From an uncultured Rhodobacterales bacterium (GTDB taxonomy: Bacteria > Pseudomonadota > Alphaproteobacteria > Rhodobacterales > Rhodobacteraceae), in NCBI GenBank assembly GCA_964462475.1, contig CAYWXQ010000004.1, forward strand, positions 1-30,139: 30,139 nucleotides of DNA. The letters are read 5' to 3'. Shown piece by piece: positions 28,378 to 30,139 of this stretch. The notes beneath the pieces were generated by a model that was not told the DNA's origin, made no database searches, and worked only from the letters and a program-made list of their open reading frames with translations. Position numbers and translations under genes: made by a program. How positions within the stretch are numbered: the first letter of the stretch is position 1; every line of letters starts with the position of its first letter.

Positions 28378-29489
28378 GGCTGTTCTCCAATGGTTTTCGC
28401 GGCTTGTTGCAAGGCTTTTGGCAGCGATGCTTCCAGCAAATCAAGGTTTTCGCGGGTGCCTGCAGAAATGCGGATACACCGGTTTTGCGGGGCAGAAAAC
28501 GGCATGCGGATAAACACGCCAAACGTGCCAAGTGCGCCCACCACCGCCTTGGCAAAATCGGCACCCTGCCCGCAATCTATGGTCACAAAATTGGTGGCCG
28601 AGGGCAGCGGGGCCAGCCCGTTTTCCCGCGCTATATCGGCAATTCTGGCCTTGGCGGCGGCCACATTTTGCAGCGTTTGCGCCAGATAATCGCTATCGGC
28701 CAACGCCGCCAGTGCCCCCGCCTGTGCCGCGCGGTTCATGCCGAAATGGTTGCGCACTTTGTCAAAGGCCTTCACGAAATCGCGGTGGGCAATGCCGTAA
28801 CCCACCCGCGCGCCCGCCATGCCGTAAGCCTTTGAAAAGGTGCGAAACCGGATCACCCTTGGGTGGCTGACATCTATGGCCGGCGCGGCCCCCGTGGCGA
28901 ACTCGATATAGGCTTCGTCAAGGCAAAGCGTGGCGGTTTCGGGCAGTTTGTCGATCATTTCCTGCATCGTGGCGGCGCTATGGACGCTGGCCATCGGGTT
29001 ATCGGGGTTGGCAATATAGATCAGCTTGGCACCGGTTTCATTGGCCTTTTCAAGCAACAGGTCGGGGCTTTCGGCGTCATCCACATAGGGCACCATATCG
29101 AGCACCCCGCCGTAACCGGTGACGTGGTAGTTAAAGGTCGGGTATGCGCCGGCGGTGGTCACCACCCCGTCGCCCGGGGCGATCAGCAGGCGCACCAGAT
29201 AGCCCAGCAACCCGTCTATACCTTCGCCGATCACGATGTTCTCAGCCGCAACCCCGTGCTTTTTGGCCAGCGCTGCTTTTAGATCAAAACTTTCGGGGTC
29301 GCCGTATTTCCAGATATCGGCGGCGGCCATGGCGGCCAGCGCTTTGGGCGAGGGGCCAAACACGTTTTCATTGGCCCCGAGCCGCGCCGCAAAAAGGCCG
29401 CCTTGCGCCCGTTCCTGGGTTTCAGGGCCGACAAACGGCACGCTGGCAGGTAGCGAGCGGGCCAAATCGGTAAAATGCGGTCCGGTCAT
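28374..29489 (-). CDS. PLP-dependent aminotransferase, HisC-like
   Basis: RLGANEN, ANPDNPM, LDEAYIEF, RTFSKAYGMAGARVGY (PLP Lys), SATNF, CIRIS. Confidence 0.92.
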   Translation of the reverse strand: MTGPHFTDLARSLPASVPFVGPETQERAQGGLFAARLGANENVFGPSPKALAAMAAADIWKYGDPESFDLKAALAKKHGVAAENIVIGEGIDGLLGYLVRLLIAPGDGVVTTAGAYPTFNYHVTGYGGVLDMVPYVDDAESPDLLLEKANETGAKLIYIANPDNPMASVHSAATMQEMIDKLPETATLCLDEAYIEFATGAAPAIDVSHPRVIRFRTFSKAYGMAGARVGYGIAHRDFVKAFDKVRNHFGMNRAAQAGALAALADSDYLAQTLQNVAAAKARIADIARENGLAPLPSATNFVTIDCGQGADFAKAVVGALGTFGVFIRMPFSAPQNRCIRISAGTRENLDLLEASLPKALQQAAKTIGEQP

Positions 29490-29554
29490 GCTGATTTCCC
29501 CCTAACTGGTTTACCGTTTGGGCCTAACGCAGGTGGCGGCAAAAAACAACGCCT

Positions 29555-30139
29555 TCAGGCATCGGTGCCAATAAAGCCGCCCGATTGCCGGTTCCAGAAC
29601 CCCGCGTAAAGCCCGGCTTTGGCCAGCAGATCGCCGTGGGTGCCCTGCTCGGCAACGCGGCCAGCATCAAGCACCACGATCCGGTCCATTCGGGCGATGG
29701 TGGAAAGGCGGTGCGCAATCGCGATCACGGTTTTGCCCTCCATCACCCCGTAAAGGGTTTGCTGGATGGCGGCCTCGACCTCGCTGTCGAGCGCGCTTGT
29801 GGCCTCGTCCAGCACCAGAATTGGTGCGTCTTTCAGGATAACCCGCGCAATCGCAATACGTTGCCGCTGCCCGCCTGAAAGCTTTACCCCCCGCTCGCCA
29901 ACCTGTGCTGCATAGCCGCGATTGCCATACGGATCTTGCAGATCAAGGATAAACTCATGCGCCTCGGCCCGCTTGGCGGCCATGATCATCTCGGATTCGG
30001 CCGCATCGGGGCGGCCATACATGATGTTGGCGCGCACCGAGCGGTGCAAAAGCGAGCTGTCTTGCGTAACCATACCGATCTGGCGGCGCAGGCTATCCTG
30101 CATGACCGCGCGCACCGATTGCCCGTCGATCAAAATATC
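29555..30139 (-). CDS. ABC exporter ATPase C-terminal part (5' end outside the window)
   Basis: The frame stays open to the window edge; VKLSGGQRQRIAIAR, ILVLDEATSALD, IAHRLST. Confidence 0.92.
   Translation of the reverse strand, partial: DILIDGQSVRAVMQDSLRRQIGMVTQDSSLLHRSVRANIMYGRPDAAESEMIMAAKRAEAHEFILDLQDPYGNRGYAAQVGERGVKLSGGQRQRIAIARVILKDAPILVLDEATSALDSEVEAAIQQTLYGVMEGKTVIAIAHRLSTIARMDRIVVLDAGRVAEQGTHGDLLAKAGLYAGFWNRQSGGFIGTDA

Overview
A 30-kb, roughly 60% GC chromosomal segment. Protein families and gene order suggest an alphaproteobacterium of the Rhodobacterales/roseobacter type (inferred). The left part is core genome: partial Tas-like aldo/keto reductase (-), S49 peptidase, a 58-aa membrane protein with two CxxC motifs missing from the ORF track, Ca/Na antiporter, SDR, uvrC, pgsA, moaD, moaE, a monoheme cytochrome c with an FNR-type box, ubiA, an OmpA-domain protein, a TM/coiled-coil protein and an M48 protease. 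The strongest non-coding signal is the 287-bp SDR-uvrC gap. It holds an AT-rich tract, tandem DnaA boxes (one perfect), a perfect IHF site, two near-consensus CtrA boxes and GANTC sites, making it a candidate oriC. The middle holds a ~300-nt GC-rich, stem-dense intergenic element (candidate ncRNA), a B-type intein-like Hint-domain protein and an intact imuA-imuB-dnaE2 cassette. The right part is all minus strand: AidB-like acyl-CoA dehydrogenase, GcvT/dimethylglycine-dehydrogenase-family enzyme, fadH, MsbA-like ABC exporter, VOC protein, HisC-like aminotransferase and a partial second ABC exporter. I saw no rRNA, tRNA, CRISPR, integrase or transposase. All calls are by eye; no searches were run.
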